Below the pieces are notes generated by a model that ran no database searches, was not told the DNA's origin, and saw only the letters and a program-made list of their open reading frames with translations. Positions 22,451 through 34,861 of a DNA stretch of 64,000 nucleotides are shown piece after piece; within the stretch, counting starts at the first letter, position 1, and every line of letters starts with the position of its first letter. The position numbers and the translations under genes were made by a program. The DNA lies in NCBI GenBank assembly GCA_004764695.1, contig SMSO01000031.1, positions 2,084,436-2,148,435 of the forward strand, given 5' to 3'. Source of the stretch: Schizochytrium sp. TIO01. Taxonomy: Eukaryota > Protista > Bigyra: Labyrinthulomycetes.

Positions 22451-23731
22451 TCATGCATTCGTCTTCTTTCGGGGGCCAGCGATACCTTGGTGGTCGAGAC
22501 ACTCGGTTGCACACTCGGTACCAACGGCTACAGCGCTTGCAACAAGCTTGTCATCAGGGTGAAGCCCTTTCACGGCGTCACGAATAAGACTGCTCCGGTC
22601 GGCATGCAGAAGGATATGAGCAAGAACACCGCCAGCAAAACTGTCTCCAGCCCCGGTGGTGTCACCCTTGATGGGGTCAACTACAGGAACTTTATAGTTG
22701 ACAGATTCTTTGTCATTTGAAACTACGGTAGGTTTTGCGCCGCGCGTGACAAATACGAGTTTAGGAGCTGCCATGCTTTGCGCGAGTTTCTGAGCATGTT
22801 GCTCAATCGCGTCCTCACCTCCTTCCCATCCCATGGCCCGTGCATATGCCAACAGCTCTTCTCCGTTGGTAAACATAAGCGATGTCTTGGGCAGAAGTTT
22901 CTGAATATGGGTTCTCACAGGCTCAAAGTTCTCCAACAAGGTGGCGCTCGATAGGGCACCCACAAAAACCCTATCTCCAATAACTTTCTCCACTGCATCT
23001 CTACGTCCTGGGGTTGTATAGTTGAATGCTGTCGAGAACACCATGGTGTCTGCACTAGGGTCTTCCTGCCAAGGCATCTTGATTTCTCCCAGTTTGTTCT
23101 CATCTAGACTTCCTGCTGCGCCGCGAATGCACATGATCGTGCGGTCTCGTGTGAGCTTGTCAATTACAATAGCGCACTGTCCGGTCTCTAGTTCGGGCAC
23201 GGGAGACATCAGAGGTTCCACTCCACACTCAGCGCATACTTTGTAAACAAGCTTTGCGGAACTGTCTTTTCCTACTGTACCCACGAAAGACACGCGAATC
23301 TCGTCGTTCACGTCCACGTTCTTAGCCACACGGAGTGAGTTTAGAGCGGAGCCACCGACCTTGCTCTCCACACTTGGGTTCTCGCGAGCAGCCTTGACAG
23401 CTGCAGCGCGGTCCTCCTCCGACCAAGCGCTCACGAATTGCCCAACGGGCACAGCTGGTCCATCCCACGCAGTTGAGAGCACGTTGTGGTCAATCACAGC
23501 GTTGCCCACGGCTAGGAGGCCTCGGCGTGGTCCCGCCGCCGCTGCCAGTGCGGTCCCATCGCTTCCGCCGCAGCTCCATACGCCTGCAGCAGCTGCACCA
23601 AATCCTGCAGCGCAGGCTCGGATCCTCACGACCCACTGCGAAGACATCTCTCCCCTCGAGCGTCTGATTTCGCCGCCTAACTCCCTCGAGTTCTGGCTTT
23701 GAATGATGCTTGACTTGCCAATGTTCTCCAT
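22451..23731 (-). CDS. PfkB/ribokinase-family kinase, adenosine-kinase-like
   Basis: GNAVID, GGSALNS, FVGTVGKD, TGQC, NGEE, VTRGAKP and the signature GDTTGAGDSFAGG. Start may be ATG 23647, followed by an Ala/Gly/Arg-rich targeting-like segment. Confidence 0.88.
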   Translation of the reverse strand: MENIGKSSIIQSQNSRELGGEIRRSRGEMSSQWVVRIRACAAGFGAAAAGVWSCGGSDGTALAAAAGPRRGLLAVGNAVIDHNVLSTAWDGPAVPVGQFVSAWSEEDRAAAVKAARENPSVESKVGGSALNSLRVAKNVDVNDEIRVSFVGTVGKDSSAKLVYKVCAECGVEPLMSPVPELETGQCAIVIDKLTRDRTIMCIRGAAGSLDENKLGEIKMPWQEDPSADTMVFSTAFNYTTPGRRDAVEKVIGDRVFVGALSSATLLENFEPVRTHIQKLLPKTSLMFTNGEELLAYARAMGWEGGEDAIEQHAQKLAQSMAAPKLVFVTRGAKPTVVSNDKESVNYKVPVVDPIKGDTTGAGDSFAGGVLAHILLHADRSSLIRDAVKGLHPDDKLVASAVAVGTECATECLDHQGIAGPRKKTNA

Positions 23732-24339
23732 CCTGCTACAACCAAAAACTATGTCTCCTTCCTATTCTCATGTTTTTGTTTTGTTTTTATCCTTTCGTTA
23801 TTTTAAATTGAAAAAATAAACTAAAATGAAAATCAGAACGGAGAACCTAGAAAGAAAAAAAAAAAAGAAAAAAGAAAAAAGCGACTGTCGATCCTTTCTG
23901 CCAAGGGAATCCCAATCCCACCACAACCTTGGCTACCTCCCCTTGAGTCCCGAGCCGAAGAAATCAAGCTACTTTCAATCTTGGACTTGCGGCTTCTCAA
24001 ATATAGGTCCAAAAAAGTCAGGCAGCTCTTGTGCCACGCTGCGATTAATAATTTTTTAATCTCAACAAAACAAAATAATCATCTCATAATAACAACTTTT
24101 AATAACATTGATTTTAATAATAGCCCTACTCAATCATAAAAGTATAATGATAATTACAAATACCAAACACTGACCTCAATAATGTTGATGGTAACAATAG
24201 CAACAACAATAAGACAGAAAATGTGTTTAAGCGGGGCGGTCATAGGTGGTAGTCGTCAGAGAACGCAGAAAGAGAGCAACGAAAGAAAGCAAAGAAAGCG
24301 GAACTCAGAAATGGTCGGGATCAACCCGGTTTTTCATGC

Positions 24340-24464
24340 ATGATTGAATGATTGAGTGATTGAATGATTGAATGATTGAATGATTGAATGATTGAGTGAT
24401 TGAATGATTGAATGATTGAATGATTGAATGATCGAATGAATGAATGAATGAATGAATGAATGAA
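24340..24464. repeat. Compound (ATTGAATG)n/(GAAT)n microsatellite
   Basis: Read directly. Confidence 0.92.
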
Positions 24465-25195
24465 AAGATGGACAACGCAGCAATCAGACCGGAGATATGG
24501 ACGTGCGCGAGAGCTCAGTGCCCGTGCAAACCTGAAGCTTGGCAGCGACCCAGGCCCAGTTCCCGAAAGTCGGTTTGTTCGAAAGACCGCACAACTAACC
24601 GAGCTCCTCTCTTGCCACCCGAAGCTTACTTTTGGGCGAAAGCTGGCACGCTCGCCATCTCGCTCTCGAGATCGACCAGGGAGGGAGGGACGAGGACTAA
24701 CTACAAACTCAGCGGGCGGGCGGGAGAACTAACTAGCCGACCAACCAATCAACCGATCAACCAACCAACCAACCGCGTCCTTGCTGGCTGCGGCCGTTGA
24801 TCGATCCTCTGCGAGACCGACTGATCGAGGCTGCTCGAGATGAGCTTCTGGGTCTTGTGCCTTGGCTGGCTAGCCAGGTCTCGCTCGAAGCTTTCTTCTT
24901 CTGTGGACTCCTGAGGAGAGTGAGGGTCGAGTCAGTGCGATGGCGCGCTTCGCTTTCACAGACAACGCTCGTCATCTCCCTCAACACGCTCGCTACCAGA
25001 AAGGAGATCTTGCGCAGCGCTTTCCAAATCTTTTCAGCGGCCTGCTTCCTTAGAATCTCAGTTCCGGCACTGTCTTCGCCTTCGCCTCATTCTCATCCTT
25101 ATCCTCATCAACATGCATAGTGGCCCTTCCTTCGCCGTGCTCAACGCAGTGACGCTCGCCGGCGCGGTGACCTCCATCGATGCTCTCTGTTCAAG

Positions 25196-25260
25196 TGCGT
25201 TGCATTGCACATCGCATTGCATCGCACATCGCGTTGCCTTGCATTGCATCGCACATTGCA
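25196..25260. repeat. Degenerate (TGCAT/CGCAT)n pentamer repeat
   Basis: Read directly; source of the MQC-repeat spurious ORF. Confidence 0.8.
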
Positions 25261-25375
25261 CTTACTCGTGGCTTGCTTTCTTGCGATACTTCCGCGCAGA
25301 ACTCCTTCCTTGGTTTCTTACAACAGCCTGTGAAGAGTGACTTTCTGCCGCGCTCAACCCTCACTGCGATCTTGC

Positions 25376-25404
25376 CTCACTCACTCACTCACTCACTCAC
25401 TCAC
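25376..25404. repeat. (CTCA)n microsatellite
   Basis: Read directly. Confidence 0.9.
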
Positions 25405-25916
25405 CTCCTCATCGGTCGTCATCTCCGCTCCCGCGGCACCGAAGAACTCGAGCGATCGCCCTGCAAGCCACGCGAATGATTGACTCGAGTCGCCGAGGAC
25501 TCTGTTCCCACTCCCAGTCCTGAAAGTAGTTCGCTTCGTTATGCTCGGGCCCAAAGGCGGTTTACTTTGCAATTCCTGAGACCGCTTCACATGTGGAGCT
25601 GCAATCGAGGCGGCCCCAAAGGGCTCTAAGTCCAGTCACCGCTGCTCAGAACATACGAACCCTCACGAGCATCTCAGTAGGAATGCATAGGGTGCTTATT
25701 GCCCAAGCTTGGTGCGGGAGAGGAAAAGGACCTCTCCATTCGCTGGTGCACACCTGCCTGCCTGGTGCTATTGCATCTCTTGAGCAAAGAACAAGCGGTG
25801 CCTGGTGCATCATGATCATGAACTACATATGTAGAGGTGTCATGAACCATGAATTGTGGTCGCTGCTACAACCTTCCTTTAACCGCGGGTAGATGGACGA
25901 TTGCGCATCGTCACAT

Positions 25917-25980
25917 AAACAAACAACTTAAAACAAACAAACAACTTGAAACAAGAAACAAACAACTTGAAACAAACAAG
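25917..25980. repeat. Tandem AAACAAACAACTT-like repeats (about 3-4 units)
   Basis: Read directly. Confidence 0.8.
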
Positions 25981-26545
25981 CTTCAAGTGGGAAGTTTATA
26001 TAATATACTTCGGGTTTGACCAGGTTGAGTTGGCAACACTTACGCAGTGCAATGCGACATAAAACTGACAATAATTGAGCTTTCTTGAGCTCTCGCTATC
26101 GAGCGCAAGCTCACGGAGGAGGAGGAGGAGGATTTCAGGAAAATACAGCGACCGAAAAGCTGATTCGCCAACGAGGGCTAAAAATCGGCAACAAGTTTTA
26201 TTTTTGTTACTTTTAAAAATAAAAACATTTTTTACACTTTTTCTTTTCTTTTCTTTTCTTTTTATGAAAGGAAAGGGATAAAAGGGATAAAGATAGTACC
26301 ATGACGCCAGAACTACACTTGCATGCGAGTCGTGAATTTCTCTGCTGTTGGAGTGATCGACAACTCGTTCAAAACATGGTGGGCGCCAGTTTATCTGCAA
26401 GAGTCGTAGATATGTTGGTATTCTGACTCCAATAAATATTTATATATAATCTTTACGTAAAAGTTTATTTTTTAAATATTGAGGTATACTTTATAATAAA
26501 TAAATAAACTGAAAGAAATCAGAAATTAAAAATAAAATAAAATAA

Positions 26546-26576
<31 letters not shown>

Positions 26577-29325
26577 TTTTTTAAAAGTGTATACACATCA
26601 GGGCTAGCTGACATTTGTTGTTGATCTGACATGATATGTTCTTCAGCGCAGCACGCAAAGATCGCCGCCCCTGAGTCTAGTCCTTCCTTGTGCAAACCTG
26701 CTTGAGAATGAGCAAGCATATGGAGCAGATGAAATCATGGACGAAGCAACCAGCACTTTATGGACGGACTCGATAGGTGATGAAGCTATTTCCTTCATCT
26801 GGTAAATACATGAAACTTGCAAATCATCGCAAACAAGGTAGAAATGCTGTTGTCCGATTCGTCACGCACATAGCTATCAAAGGAAGGTTTGCGTGTACAA
26901 ACTTCATTTGGTATGCTCTACACTAATATATTTGTTCGCAATTATTCCTAGCCAGATCTCTTCTCGTACCCTAATGACAGCTGTGACGTAGCTTACAAGT
27001 TCAATCATTCCGGCCAATAACTGGGTGCTCTCAACATAGGTCTGAGGCAGAGTAGTATTCGGCTGCAATAAGGTAAACCAGGAAGCTCGCCGGCTTGACG
27101 TTTTAATGTTGCTGGGGCTCAAGGGTAAAAAAGCAGAGATCCTCCCGTCATTAAACGAGAAGTGGAATCTGAAAATGCAGGCACACAACAAATAAATCCA
27201 CATTAATTGGGGTTTTGGATGACATTTGGATGGTCTAATACACCCCAACAACAACAAGAAAATACATCAATACGCTTCAATTTCGTCAACGCATATTAAA
27301 GTAGTGATTGAAGTGGCCTCTGACTAGTGCAGCGAATTGCAGTTTTATTCGGGTCGAGTCACAGCATATCACTCACTACCTACTAGTAGTCTTTGACGGC
27401 AGAAATTCGAGCGATTGCACAATTCAAAGGCAGTAGGCACATACCTCCTGACGAGACTTTGCTCCAGCAGGTACCACCTACCTACCCGGTTCTGACATTG
27501 TGATCTGTTTTCTCCACGCTTTTGACGATTTCGGCCAGTTTGCAAAGGGATTCTCGACCAAGAGTTCTCCAATTTCGCGCATACATCCCAGGTGATTTTC
27601 TATCTGCGAGGAGCGCAATTATCGAGACCCAAATGTGGCCATTCGCACTTTCCGCCGTTGATGCTGAAGATGCTCACTTCTTCATTCACCCTGCTCCAAA
27701 TTCAGCGAGGCGGTTTCCAGCTCCAAGCAAATGCTGTCTTCTCAAGGGGCTCTGCCCAGTCCAGTGTGCTAGCTGTCCTTCGCTCTCGCGTTCCCTTCCA
27801 CTCTGCATTTAGTTCTCCAAGTCCACTTAAGCTACGCGCCCTAAACGACACATAAATTAGAAAGAGGCCTAAACCCAAAGAAAGCAAGAAAGAAAGAAAG
27901 AAGAGAGGGAGGTCCGCTGTCTTTCTTGGACATGGTAGTCCTCCTAAGGGGTTTCTACTCAGCCCATTGAAGAGAAAGAACGGAAGCCTCTGAACCAAGG
28001 ACGGTGAAGACTCCAACGAAGAAAGAGCCGCAAGCCCGCAACCGACAAAGCTCTCGGCAACTAAGACAGCATAAGGTTAGACCAGCCAGCCATCTATCTA
28101 GTTTGCTGAAGCCGGGCCTGTGAAGATCTCACGGCGCCGAGAGAGTGTTTGGTTTGATGTATTAGACGCTTCCGAAGTACCGGCACAGGAGGCCAAGCTA
28201 CTAAAAAGTCTGGCACTCGTCTACGCCTAAAGCGTGGCGGCAAAGAAGTCTGACTTTCATGACGACTGTGATTCATGAGGGCTCTTAAATGTAAATGTAA
28301 ATGTAAATGTGCGTTATTGAGGCTGCACGTGCTAACTCCTGATCAACTTGCCAGGTCCTGAAGGCACGATTGGACAACAGCATCGATTTCTAGCACCAAG
28401 CTTTAGAGACGTTTGAAGAGATTGCTGTGCACGTTTTGGCGAGGGTAAAGCTGGCGAAGGTGAACTCCGGAAAGTGCAACCAGATTACAATTCTTATAGC
28501 TCATCGCAAACAAACGCGTCGAAACTCGTTCGCCGACTCTCTCTCGTTTCCACTATTGAGCAACTCCTTCAAGGTACCTTCAAGGCTCAAAACAACAACT
28601 TATATATAAAAGAGCTGTCTTTCAGCACTCCATAGGTACACAAAGTGTTCCCCAAAACATCAGAACTAGACTAGCGACGATGTCCTTCTGCAACAGAGCA
28701 ACGTAAAGGTCGCCAGCTGCCACACCGTCTCAGGTTTCATGCATGTTCGACTCTTGCTTGGTCTGTCCCCGAGCATAACCTCTCGCTCATCGCAACATAT
28801 CTCGAGTTTCACATTGCAGCAGGTTTCACCATTTCACAGATAATCGTTTCGAGGGGCCAAGCGGAAGAAGAGCGATACGGCTCTTATGCTCGGGTGTAGA
28901 CAGTCTTAGCGCCGGAACGGAACACGAGTTGGAACGGAAAAGGGCCTATTTGGTTCACAGCTCATTTCGAGGACAGCGCTGTCCAAGTTTAGTTGACTTG
29001 GGGAAATAAGTGTATCCAATTCTAGTCAGGAGTAGACTTAGCTACGCGATGGTAGCAGGTAGACAAGACGTAGGTACCGAAATCTAAGCTGCGATAACAA
29101 ACACGAATCAGGCAGGGACGAAAACAAACATCTGTTTCGATCATCGCAGAATCTGTCGACCTCGATCCTCTTCGCCAGGAGCAGAACCCGATCACCTCGA
29201 GGGAGACCTTTGCGTCAACCTGGTGGTGCACAGCTTTCAGAGAGGACGCAACTCAGCTCGAAAGACACAAACGCAATAACTCTTGAGAAGGGTTTGTTTG
29301 CCTTTCGTCCCTTCTCATTAGCGAG

Positions 29326-30801
29326 ATGGCAGCCAACGGAGACTCTGGTCGCGCTCTTCTCCGCAAAGCGTACGCTGAGGATAATGCATATGCACCCTCA
29401 GCTCCAGGTTGGGGCGGTAGCGGCTTTGAGACCGCCGAGGTTGTGGCGTCTGCGACTTCCTACGACCCGAGTGCACCCGTAGCTACTGCGGCGCCTTTTA
29501 ATCCCTTTGGGAGCGGCAACAACAGCGGCAATAATGCCAACAACTGGGGGGCTAGTAGTAGCTCTGGAAATTATGGAGGCTACAGTGGTGTCGAATCGCA
29601 TAGCCAAATTCCCGCTGCAATCGGATTTGATGGAGGATTCCCTTCACGCCAAACTTTTGAGCGTTACGATGAGGTTGTGAATGGCATTCAGAATTTGCAG
29701 CACGTAGACAATGACATCAAGGTGTCAAACCAACAGATTGGACAGTGCAAGCAACGGCTTGACGATGTGCAGCGTAAGCTGCATAAGGCTCGCAAGGACC
29801 TTCCTAAGGCTGAAGCACGTTTGGATCGGAATGCCCATCCTAGGTTCTTCCACTACATGCAGATCAATCGTCAAGAAAAGGTTCAGCGCCTTACAAAGAT
29901 GGTTGAAGATATCAAAGTTTCTGAGGAGCAGTTGGTTGGCGATAAGCATCAGCGTGAAAGTGAGCTCAAGAAAGCACAAGAGGAGCTGCAGAGACTCCGT
30001 GGAATCGAAGCGAACCGCGATGCTCTTCGCAGCGAGCGTCAGGATACCTTTGACAAAGTTGTTGCCAGCACGGCGCCGACCCCTCGCTTACAACAAATCA
30101 GGGCCAACATTAGTGCTCAAACGTCAGCGCTCCAAGCAGAACAGTCATTGTTGACACAGGTAAACGAGGTTCTATCTCTTGTTCGGCAAGCACAACAACT
30201 CTACGCGCAGTCAATGCAGATGCTGCAGCGTGCTGCAAACGCGAATCAAACTGCACAGGTGACAAACATTGTTGGTTTTGGAGATCGCCGAGGCGGAATG
30301 GAATTTTTTGAAACCATGAATCAGCTCGAACGTGACCAGCTTATTAACAATAGCCAGCGCCCTGCTGAACAAGCGTACCAACTTATTTCTCAAGCCTGGC
30401 AGATGTTCCCTCAAGAAGTGCGCAGACGTTACCCTAGCATGACTGCCCAAATTGGCCATGTTCCTCTACCCAAGCTTCGAGGTGCCCATTTTGGAAACAC
30501 TCTTGCTGCAGGGTTCGTATTTGGCGATATTGGTGACGCTATTAATAATGGCATGGCGACTGGCAAAATTAGGGAGAACATGGGTATCTTGCAGCAATGC
30601 AATATGATCGTAGATCAGCAAGTGGCGCTTGTCGTTGCTCTTCGAAACACCATTAACATGGATGTTGACAAAATGTCCGGCAACCTTGATGCTCTAGACC
30701 AGCAGCAGGCACAAGAGCGCGAGTTTATCTTTGCAAATGTGAGATCCCGGTTTATGGGAAGCAGTGGCGCATCTATGGGCTATGCCACTAGCTACAGATA
30801 A
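29326..30801 (+). CDS. Uncharacterised coiled-coil protein, 491 aa, with G/S/N-rich N-terminus
   Basis: Long ATG ORF with Q/E/K/R heptad-rich helices and one Gly-rich hydrophobic patch (NTLAAGFVFGDIG). No family recognised. Confidence 0.8.
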   Translation: MAANGDSGRALLRKAYAEDNAYAPSAPGWGGSGFETAEVVASATSYDPSAPVATAAPFNPFGSGNNSGNNANNWGASSSSGNYGGYSGVESHSQIPAAIGFDGGFPSRQTFERYDEVVNGIQNLQHVDNDIKVSNQQIGQCKQRLDDVQRKLHKARKDLPKAEARLDRNAHPRFFHYMQINRQEKVQRLTKMVEDIKVSEEQLVGDKHQRESELKKAQEELQRLRGIEANRDALRSERQDTFDKVVASTAPTPRLQQIRANISAQTSALQAEQSLLTQVNEVLSLVRQAQQLYAQSMQMLQRAANANQTAQVTNIVGFGDRRGGMEFFETMNQLERDQLINNSQRPAEQAYQLISQAWQMFPQEVRRRYPSMTAQIGHVPLPKLRGAHFGNTLAAGFVFGDIGDAINNGMATGKIRENMGILQQCNMIVDQQVALVVALRNTINMDVDKMSGNLDALDQQQAQEREFIFANVRSRFMGSSGASMGYATSYR

Positions 30802-31511
30802 CGCAGAGTTAGCCACTTCTTTTTTTTTTCCACCCCGAGAACTCCTAGTTTTTGCCTAGTTTCTTTTGAAAACCTGTACCCTTGCTAATCCTTTCGGCAA
30901 AAAATGATAATACTTTAAGAAAAAATCATTCTTCAAATCAACTCTCCTGTTTAGGCATATAACCATCATTTCCTGTGACTCGCACTGTCCATAATCTAAG
31001 TTTACATGATTTCAAACTAGCCTTAGAACCTTGAACGACATGCAGGCTATGTTTTAGAACCTGATGTAGTTGAATAGATGTACACTACCTGATCAAGGTA
31101 TCAGCTGTTTTGAAATAGGTCATGTCAAGGAATTAATCTGAGCTTTGCCAATAGTAAGGGTTAAATTTATTCTAGTATCTAGTACATGGATGCATTGTAT
31201 AACATGCCCCGGATTGGAGCGCATGTTGTCAAAGTAGAGCCTCTGCTGCATTTCAGCTTAATCAGGAGTAGAATCGCCATGACGTTACACGTTTTACTAA
31301 ATTTCTATTGTCTTGTTCGCATTTCTACACCTTTTAAAGGAAGGTTGAATCTGCACTGGATTTGCAAACGCAACATTTTGTCCTTGAGGAGGGAATTTCT
31401 ATCCATCATACTCTTTACGCGAGAACATATAAAAGCTGAATTCGATTGCATAGTCAGAGAAGAAAATTAAAATCCAAAACTATCCTGATAGCTCCGCCAC
31501 CCCTGCAAGAT

Positions 31512-32099
31512 TCACAGGCTATCAACAAGAGCTGAAGCATCCTCAGCATTCTTGAGACGTGTCTGCTGATTTACATAGGACAAGTATGTGTTCCAAACCA
31601 CTCCTGCTGCATTAGAGAAGAGTACCTGGTATTGAGCTGGCACAAACCCAAAGTTGGCAATTTGTACGGGAGTCCACCACGCCCAGTTTGAGACCACTGT
31701 CGAAGCCCAGATCCCACTCACATCTTCGCAGCTCTTCGTAAGGCCTTTGCCTTCAAGAATTCCTACGGAAACAAGGAATATAGGCAAAAATATCGGCGTG
31801 AAAACAGTTTGATCCAAGACTACGCGCTTAAGCGTGGCGGAGGCAGATCTGCCTACAATTTTGGACCCAAGGTAGCCATACCATACATGCAATGTCGGGC
31901 CCACAAGAACACCTCCAAGGGTTGCAAACCTCGCAAATCTCGCAGCGTCAAAGGTTGCGTTCTCCTCTGCAAAAAAGGTCTGCGCGAGAAGATCACCAGC
32001 ACCAGCGATGGCACCCGAAGTGAGGCATTTGGTCAAGACAGGGCGCCGCTGCAGCGCTTCATCATAGGCTGAGATGCCGCGTCGAAAAGCACTCCGCAT
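31512..32099 (-). CDS. Mpv17/PMP22 family membrane protein
   Basis: Y..AL.RRPVLTKCLTSG..AGAGDLLAQ, GPTLHVWY, LKRVVLDQTVFTP, NW.WW.PVQ.ANF.FVP..YQVLF.N...WNTYLS. Confidence 0.95.
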   Translation of the reverse strand: MRSAFRRGISAYDEALQRRPVLTKCLTSGAIAGAGDLLAQTFFAEENATFDAARFARFATLGGVLVGPTLHVWYGYLGSKIVGRSASATLKRVVLDQTVFTPIFLPIFLVSVGILEGKGLTKSCEDVSGIWASTVVSNWAWWTPVQIANFGFVPAQYQVLFSNAAGVVWNTYLSYVNQQTRLKNAEDASALVDSL

Positions 32100-33181
32100 T
32101 GCTTGTTCTAACGGTGCACTGACACCTCTGATAGTCCCACTCTGAAAGCCTTTACTTTAAGTTTGCGGGCTGATCTCAAGCTCAGGCGTTTTCTGAAAAT
32201 AGAGATTATTCTATTCATTCATTTCGTTAGCTGTTCATTTTATTTTCAATTTTAAAGTTATCTTGTTTTATAAATGAATTATGTATTGATATACTATCTT
32301 ACATATACTATGTATACTGCATCAAAGGGCGGCTCGCAGTCCAGCTCAATTGAAATCGTCATACAAGGAGTCACTAGCTTCTTCGCCGAGGAATACCAAC
32401 CGTGTCATGGCGAGGGTTTATTCATGTGATATAGTCGATAAATGCTAAAATGTAATTCACGTGCTAATTTTCATTACAGGGAAGTCCTGAAGCGTAATAT
32501 GATTTCACAGACATCGATCATCTGCATAGAGAAATTTGTCTCCTTTAACGTGATCCAAAGGAATTCTGAATTACATACATCAGTGATGGAATATAGAATC
32601 GTTGTTGCGAAGCTTTTCTAGGACATTGATCGCGCTCATTGTCTAATAATACCCAACATAAATCCCCTGAATTGCATTTCTTATTGCAGCGTATTTCATA
32701 TCATGGTACTGTCTTTTACAATACGCAGTCGATACCCTTCGTTGTTCTCTCACGGGACGAGGCGAGACATCAAGGCTTAGAACCAAATGCTGGCTTTGTT
32801 AAACCTGGATTATTATTTTAATTCCCTAGAACGAAAGTAAAGAACAGGAACGAGGTCTTAGGGGTTATGCTAGTAGTACCAACCAGCCGGACTAAAGAAT
32901 TGCAAAGATTGAACTAGGTAGGTACGGCATCCCTTTTGAAGCAAAACCCAAACCATCGGCACAGCCAGCTAAGAGAGCTAAATTTGGCGGTCTGTGTGCC
33001 ACCACGATTTGCGTAAGCCTATTTCCTGACACGGTAGCTTCTGTGTACTTTCAGTGCCAAGTTTGCAAGGAGAGCGAGGTGGTTGGTTGTAGTTTTCGAA
33101 CTCGTAATATCAAAGTCCTAGTTGGGGACTGATATTGTTGAGCCGCGGCACGAAAAGAGTAAATATAATTGATCCTTCACG

Positions 33182-33922
33182 ATGGCAGGTTTGGTGGAAT
33201 TGCGTCGCCAAGACCAGATTTTTGTGTTGGAGATGAATTCGGGAGGCCAAGGCTCGGGAGACAAGAAATTCTACGAAAATCGATTTTTTCCAAAGTTCAT
33301 GGAGGACATTCACGCTGCTTTAGACCAGGTTGAGGCAGAATGTGACAAATCTTCACCGTGTGCTCTTGTTACAACGTCGAAAGGCAAGATTTTTTCCAAT
33401 GGATTGGACCTCGAATGGCTTGCTAAAAATGCTGCCACACCAGGAGAACGGCTTGCATACCTTGAGCAAGTGCAAAAGCTCTTGTCCAGATTTCTCACGT
33501 TCCCGATGCCTACGGTCGCAGCAATCAATGGTCATGCTTTTGGTGGGGGTATGCTTCTTGCTATGGCACATGATTATCGTGTTATGAATACTGATCGTGG
33601 GTTTATGTGCATGCCAGAGGTTGACATGAACATGGTTGCTCGACTGACCCCCGGTTTTAATGCCCTCATCAAGGAGAAGGTGACACGTCAACTTGTGCAG
33701 AAGATCATCTTAGAAGGCCACCGCTTTGACGCACCTTCGCTTCTTCAAGAAGGAATTGTTAATGCTACTGCCTCAGGCAACGAATTCCTTCAAGTCGCAC
33801 TGGATTTGGCCAAGCAGAAGGCTCCGAAAGGCCAATCGCCAACATATGGACTCCTTAAGCAAGACCTTTACTGCGATGCTGTAGCCGCACTTCAAGGCCC
33901 GGCCGCATTCTCCAAGCTTTAA
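33182..33922 (+). CDS. Peroxisomal crotonase-fold enoyl-CoA delta-isomerase (ECI-like)
   Basis: KIFSNGLDL, PTVAAINGHAFGGG, LAMAHDYRVM, FMCMPEVD; ends in the PTS1 tripeptide SKL. Confidence 0.9.
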   Translation: MAGLVELRRQDQIFVLEMNSGGQGSGDKKFYENRFFPKFMEDIHAALDQVEAECDKSSPCALVTTSKGKIFSNGLDLEWLAKNAATPGERLAYLEQVQKLLSRFLTFPMPTVAAINGHAFGGGMLLAMAHDYRVMNTDRGFMCMPEVDMNMVARLTPGFNALIKEKVTRQLVQKIILEGHRFDAPSLLQEGIVNATASGNEFLQVALDLAKQKAPKGQSPTYGLLKQDLYCDAVAALQGPAAFSKL

Positions 33923-34861
33923 GATTCATAAAAATTGAGTTTAGATCCATATTACCTCAGAACTTCAATTTGTGCTAAGTCCACCTTTGAGTTTCATCGT
34001 TCTCTTTTGTTTTAAAGGCAGATTCCATTTGTTTTTAGTTACTTGTAGAAATAAAGTGAGCAGAGAAAACGCAATAATCTCAGTTATTTTGTGTATAAAA
34101 GAGCATGAACGCTTTCCTAGTTCTAAGCACGCATGGCAAGCTTAGAGAGTTGAATATGCAAGAGCATAAACTTGGCGTAGTCATAAAGTATCAAGAGCAG
34201 GATCGGTTCTGCTCATTCATTCGAACTATATTTGCCATAAGAAAAATGTTTTCAGTGCTGCAGGAAAGAAAATTCATACATGTGAATGCAAAAGCCTCGA
34301 TTAGTTTACAGCGGAAAGAGTAGAAGAACATCCCCACCATTAGTAATTTATGCCTCCTCATTAGGAGAGGAGCATAAATAGAAAAAAGATGTTGAAAGAG
34401 GAAGTCTTCTATTCCCCTTTTTGATAGAAGAGACATGACAAGGAAAACATGACAAGCAGCCGTAAAATTGCTCACATGAATGCCCCCCACTACGAATGGT
34501 CGGAACGCTCAAACAGCTACTTCCAAAACAGAGGAGGTTTGAGGAAAGAATAATAATGAGACGTCGCCCCTTTTGAACACTGCATAAGTAATGTATTTCT
34601 GGACACTTGTCCTCATCAATTCGACTCAATAATAAAAAACGAGTTTGGCACAATAAGATTCAGAGTTTTGACCAAATTCGTATTCCAGCAGGTATTTGAG
34701 TACCGAGAGAGACTATTAGGAAAGAACTTGCCGTGAGGACTGCACAATCATTACAAAAGGAGGTCGGGATGCTATCGTAGAGTGAGTGGACAAATGTATG
34801 AAGGTACCCATTCCTTTCAACAAAGAGTAGACGAAATGGAAAGAGAGAGCTTCTGTGCATG

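Noticed and set aside
25917-25980. Short direct repeats as a possible CRISPR-like array
   Set aside because: Low-complexity units with no unique spacers, in a eukaryotic context with no cas genes.
26700-26806. Plus-strand peptide IMDEATSTL resembling an ABC Walker B
   Set aside because: No Walker A or signature motif nearby; short frame; probably chance.
28741-28757. T-arm-like GCATGTTCGACTCTTGC
   Set aside because: Mismatched stem; no D-arm, anticodon arm or acceptor stem upstream.
1553-33922. Lipid-related genes as a metabolic gene cluster
   Set aside because: Interspersed with unrelated genes and belonging to different pathways and compartments; no evidence of clustering from sequence alone.
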